55,656 bases of DNA from an uncultured Planctomycetaceae bacterium. GTDB lineage: Bacteria > Planctomycetota > Planctomycetia > Planctomycetales > Planctomycetaceae. This document shows, piece by piece, positions 51,875 through 55,656 of the stretch (position 1 is its first letter; every line of letters begins with the position of its first letter). Under the pieces are notes generated by a model, which was not told the DNA's origin, searched no databases, and saw only the letters and a program-made list of their open reading frames with translations. The position numbers were made by a program, and so were the translations under genes. The DNA lies in the NCBI GenBank assembly GCA_963976765.1, contig CAXBME010000039.1:1-55656 (forward strand), read 5' to 3'.

Positions 51875-54800
51875 ATGACCTTACGCATGGCACGCTGTCT
51901 TCTTGTTCTGGCTGTCTCTGCTTCAGCCTGCCTGGCGTCGCAGCTTGTTGGGGCTGCCGAAACGAAAACCGTTCCGAAGGATCATGCCGAGCGAGTGAAG
52001 GAAGGGACGGCTCTGTTCAAGCAGAGTGTTCGCGTGACACTGACGAAGCATTGCCTGGACTGCCACGGCGGAAAGTCGACGAAGGCTGACTTTGACCTCT
52101 CGTCGCGCAGCGTTCTGATGAAGAGCGGCTACGTTGGCGAATCGGCGACCGACAGTCATCTGGTGACGCTGATTCGGCACACCGAAGAACCGCACATGCC
52201 GTTCAAAACGCCCAAGCTGCCTGAAGCCGAGATCAAACTAATCGAGCGCTGGATCGACCTCGGCGCGCCGTACGACAAGCCTCTGGTCGAAAAGTCAGAC
52301 AGCGCAGAGCCCGTCGAGATGGTCGTTACGGACAACGACCGCCGGTTCTGGTCTTTTCAGCCTCTGATGCGTGTCAAACCGGCGCCGGTCAAAAACGAAT
52401 CGTGGGTGCGTTCACCGATCGATCATTGGGTTCTAGCGAAGCAGGAAGAACTTGGTCTGCATCCCAACGGCGAGGCATCCAGACGGGTTCTGATTCGGCG
52501 AGCGTACTTCGATCTGCTCGGTCTGCCGCCAACTCCGGAACAGATCGATGCCTTCGTCAACGATCCCGACGAAGAAGCATGGCCGAAGCTGATCGACCGT
52601 CTGCTGGAATCTCCTCACTATGGCGAGCGATGGGCGAGACACTGGATGGACGTGGCGAGGTTCGCCGAGTCGCACGGCTACGAGCAGGACTATGATCGCA
52701 AGTTCGCTTACCACTATCGAGACTTTCTGATTAAAGCGCTGAACGACGATCTTCCTTATGACGACTTTGTGAAATGGCAGCTGGCTGGCGACGAACTCGC
52801 CCCCGAAAATCCGCTGGCCATGATGGCGACCGGGTTTCTCGGAGCCGGCGTCTTTCCGACGCAGTTGACCGAAAAGGAATTCGAGTCGGCACGCTACGAC
52901 GAACTCGACGACATGGTTACGACGACTGGTGTCGCATTTCTGGGTTTGTCGATCGGCTGTGCAAGATGCCACGACCACAAGTTCGACCCGATTCCGTCGC
53001 GGGACTACTACTCGATGGCGGCGAGTTTTGCGACGACGATCCGCAGCGAAATCGACGTCGACCTTGAACCGGAAGCCAATCGCGAGCGCAAGGCTGCGTG
53101 GGAGAAAAAGCTGGCTGAGCTGACGGGGGCAACCCGAGCGTTCGAGCGGGACGACGTACCTTCGAGGCTTCGTGAGTGGTTGCAGACTGCTCCACCGATC
53201 ACTGCGCTGAGCCCATGGGAAACGCTCGATCCGACGTCGATCAAATCGTCCGGTGGTTCAAAGTTTGAGAAGCAAAGCGACGGGTCGCACCTCGCCATCG
53301 GAATGGCTCCCGAAAAAGAAGTGCTGACGATCGTCGCAGAAACCCGGCGTCGATCGATCACTGCCATCCGACTGGAAGCTCTCAAAGATGATTCGCTTCC
53401 AAACAAAGGGCCGGGCCGAGCAGCCAACGGCAACTTCGCCCTCGGAAATATCACAGTCACGGTTAAGCCACTGGGGACAACGGGCTCGGTGAAAGAAGTC
53501 AAACTGACTTCAGCCAGAGCGACTCATCAGCAGAATACAGGTTCGCTCTCTGTGGCAGCGTCGCTTGATTCGGATCCGATCAGTGGGTGGGCCGTCGACG
53601 CTGGCGGAATCGGAAAAGATCAGGCCGCCGTCTTCGACTTTGAATCGGCCATCGGTGACGAAGAAGGGACACAGCTGACGGTCACGCTGACATTCAACCA
53701 TCCGAATTCCCGTCACGCGATCGGCCGATTCCGTCTGTCGGTTTCTGACCGAACCCAGCCGAAGGCAGAAGTCGGAAATGTTGGACTCGATGCAAAGGTC
53801 AGCTCTGCTCTGACCGAATTACGAAAGAAGACAGACGAAACTTCGGAAGCCTGGAAAACGGCCACTGACTGGTTCAAGACGACGCTTCCGGAATGGCAGG
53901 CGTTGAACAAATCGGCGACCGATCACAAAGCGAACGGGCCGGAACTCAAACTCGCGAAAGTGATGGTTTCCAGCGAGGGGTACCCTCACATGAGCCATCA
54001 CGCCGACGGTCGAGGATACCCACACTTCTATCCGCAGGTGAATTTTCTGAACCGAGGCGACGTCAACCAGAAGAAGGAAGTCGTTTCGCAGAGTTTTTTA
54101 CAGGTGTTGATGCCTGCCGAAAAGAAGGCTGCCTCCTGGCAGGTCGCCATTCCGAACGGATGGGAGCGAACGAGCTTTCGCCGCGCGGCTCTGGCCAACT
54201 GGATTACGGACGCCGAATCGGGAGCGGGACATCTGGCTGCCAGAGTCATCGTCAACCGGCTATGGCAGCACCATTTTGGCAGAGGCATCGTCTCGACTCC
54301 GAACGATTTTGGTTTTCCTGGCGAGCGGCCAACGCATCCTGAGTTGCTTGACTGGCTGGCTCTCAACCTGATCGATGGCGACTGGAAACTGAAACGGATA
54401 CACAAGCTGATGATGACCAGTCGCGTCTACATGCAGTCTGGCGAGCATGACGAATCGCGGGCGAAAATCGATCGAGAGAATGTCTGGTTCTGGCGACGTG
54501 CTCCGCAGCGGCTTGAGGGAGAAGCTATTCGCGATGCGATGCTGTCGGTTTCCGGCCAGCTTGATCGAACGATGTTCGGCCCTGGCACACTGGATTCCAG
54601 AATGAAGCGACGCAGCGTTTACTTCTTTATTAAACGCAGCCAGTTGATTCCCGAAATGATGCTTTTCGACTGGCCCGAGCATCTCGTCAGCATCGGACAG
54701 CGAACCAGCACAACCATTGCTCCGCAGGCTCTCATGTTTATGAACAGCCCACAGGGGCGGTCGTATGCGGAATCTTTCGCAGCGAGTCTGTCCGAAAGAA

Positions 54801-54997
54801 CAGACGCGATCGATCGCGCTTACCGCTCGGCAATTGGTCGCGAACCATCATTCGATGAGCGAAAACTTGCGGAAGCTTTCCTTACCGGCCAGGCGGCAGA
54901 GTATCGCAGCGCCGGACGCAGTGGCGCCGAGCAGGTTGCACTGGCCGATCTGTGCCAGGCAATCTTCAGCATGAACGAATTTGTGTACGTCGATTGA
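51875..54997 (+). CDS. Planctomycete cytochrome c protein (PSCyt1 + DUF1549 + DUF1553) with inserted beta-sandwich domain
   Basis: Signal peptide; CLDCH and CARCH(DHKFDP); FWSFQP, YGERWARHWMDVARFAES, VNRLWQHHFG.GIV, PTHPELLDWLA, NEFVYVD. Confidence 0.92.
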   Translation: MTLRMARCLLVLAVSASACLASQLVGAAETKTVPKDHAERVKEGTALFKQSVRVTLTKHCLDCHGGKSTKADFDLSSRSVLMKSGYVGESATDSHLVTLIRHTEEPHMPFKTPKLPEAEIKLIERWIDLGAPYDKPLVEKSDSAEPVEMVVTDNDRRFWSFQPLMRVKPAPVKNESWVRSPIDHWVLAKQEELGLHPNGEASRRVLIRRAYFDLLGLPPTPEQIDAFVNDPDEEAWPKLIDRLLESPHYGERWARHWMDVARFAESHGYEQDYDRKFAYHYRDFLIKALNDDLPYDDFVKWQLAGDELAPENPLAMMATGFLGAGVFPTQLTEKEFESARYDELDDMVTTTGVAFLGLSIGCARCHDHKFDPIPSRDYYSMAASFATTIRSEIDVDLEPEANRERKAAWEKKLAELTGATRAFERDDVPSRLREWLQTAPPITALSPWETLDPTSIKSSGGSKFEKQSDGSHLAIGMAPEKEVLTIVAETRRRSITAIRLEALKDDSLPNKGPGRAANGNFALGNITVTVKPLGTTGSVKEVKLTSARATHQQNTGSLSVAASLDSDPISGWAVDAGGIGKDQAAVFDFESAIGDEEGTQLTVTLTFNHPNSRHAIGRFRLSVSDRTQPKAEVGNVGLDAKVSSALTELRKKTDETSEAWKTATDWFKTTLPEWQALNKSATDHKANGPELKLAKVMVSSEGYPHMSHHADGRGYPHFYPQVNFLNRGDVNQKKEVVSQSFLQVLMPAEKKAASWQVAIPNGWERTSFRRAALANWITDAESGAGHLAARVIVNRLWQHHFGRGIVSTPNDFGFPGERPTHPELLDWLALNLIDGDWKLKRIHKLMMTSRVYMQSGEHDESRAKIDRENVWFWRRAPQRLEGEAIRDAMLSVSGQLDRTMFGPGTLDSRMKRRSVYFFIKRSQLIPEMMLFDWPEHLVSIGQRTSTTIAPQALMFMNSPQGRSYAESFAASLSERTDAIDRAYRSAIGREPSFDERKLAEAFLTGQAAEYRSAGRSGAEQVALADLCQAIFSMNEFVYVD

Positions 54998-55319
54998 CGT
55001 TGCAGCTGTCCGGCGGTGCTGCCGAAGCTCGAATCCATGCTCGTCATTTTCGCTACAACCCGCACAGCCTGGACCAACTGGAATAATCTGTCGCTGAGTT
55101 ACCAATACAATCGGTACATCTGCGGAGCCTGGTGCTCGTCCGGTTTTTTGGCGCTGATTCATCAACGATGCGGGTCTGAACGAGCCGAAACCATTGGCGT
55201 GTTACCCAAACTGCCGCTGTACAGCGGGGGCGCTCCTGAGTCGGGTCGGAACACCCGGATTCATAACTGGAGTGACTCACCTATCGTTTCAGATTTCAGG
55301 CTTCGAGGAGATTCCGGGA

Positions 55320-55656
55320 ATGAAGTGTACGACTCTCACTGTCGCGTTCATGGTGGTGGCTGCAAGCCTTAGCAGTGCTTCTGCTGGCTTGTTCGGCGGA
55401 CCATCGTGTTGCGCACCGGCTGCCTGTGCGCCGGCTTGCGCACCAAAAGCTGCATCATGTGCAGCTCCTTGTGCACCAGCGTGTGCACCGAAAGCGGCTT
55501 CGTGTGCCGCCCCTTGTGCACCAGCGTGTGCACCGAAAGCTGCCTCATGTGCAGCACCTTGTGCCCCAGCTTGTGCTCCTAAGGCAGCTTCATGTGCAGC
55601 TCCTTGTGCCCCAGCTTGTGCTCCTAAGGCAGCTTCATGTGCAGCTCCTTGTGCCC
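55320..55656 (+). CDS. Secreted Cys/Pro/Ala-rich tandem-repeat protein (partial, runs off the window)
   Basis: RBS gaggag, ATG at 55320; MKCTTLTVAFMVVAASLSSASA|GLFGGPSCCAPAA then (CAPACAPKAASCAAP)n with no stop. Confidence 0.85.
   Translation, partial: MKCTTLTVAFMVVAASLSSASAGLFGGPSCCAPAACAPACAPKAASCAAPCAPACAPKAASCAAPCAPACAPKAASCAAPCAPACAPKAASCAAPCAPACAPKAASCAAPCA
55425..55656 (+). repeat. 45-bp coding tandem repeat, at least 5 units
   Basis: Units start at 55425, 55470, 55515, 55560, 55605; differences are synonymous; last two full units are identical. Confidence 0.92.

Noticed and set aside
55369..55557. Minus-strand His-rich 62-aa ORF
   Set aside because: Shadow of the plus-strand repeat gene, which has an RBS and signal peptide
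55425..55656. CRISPR array
   Set aside because: Repeats are contiguous with no spacers, are a multiple of 3 and vary only synonymously; no cas genes

Overview
Chromosomal window from a Planctomycetota bacterium (DUF1501, two PSCyt1/DUF1549/DUF1553 cytochrome-c proteins, two DUF1559 prepilins, CRTAC1 protein, planctomycete-type Ser/Thr kinase). The centrepiece is a ~20 kb minus-strand type IV filament locus: pilB-like ATPase, pilT, second pilB, pilC, then six oversized pilins in G-G'-H-I-J-K order ending in an 1846-aa K/PilX-like subunit, then a DUF1559 pilin. Five of the six pilins share a 22-aa acidic Ca-binding-like repeat, and several share a second Gly/Asp motif. Directly upstream, co-oriented, lie a Ser/Thr kinase and an FHA-containing class III cyclase with non-canonical base-specificity residues. 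Other content: an ECF sigma/FecR-LamG anti-sigma/cytochrome-c/DUF1501 operon interrupted by a decayed four-helix-bundle gene flanked by inverted 8-mer repeats; csrA with a coupled small ORF; a secreted multi-EF-hand protein; housekeeping genes (fadJ-like, rfbA, recJ, hemA, hisA); and, at the right edge, a secreted Cys/Pro/Ala tandem-repeat protein absent from the ORF track. No rRNA, tRNA, CRISPR or transposase was seen. All family calls come from motif recognition by eye, with no database searches.
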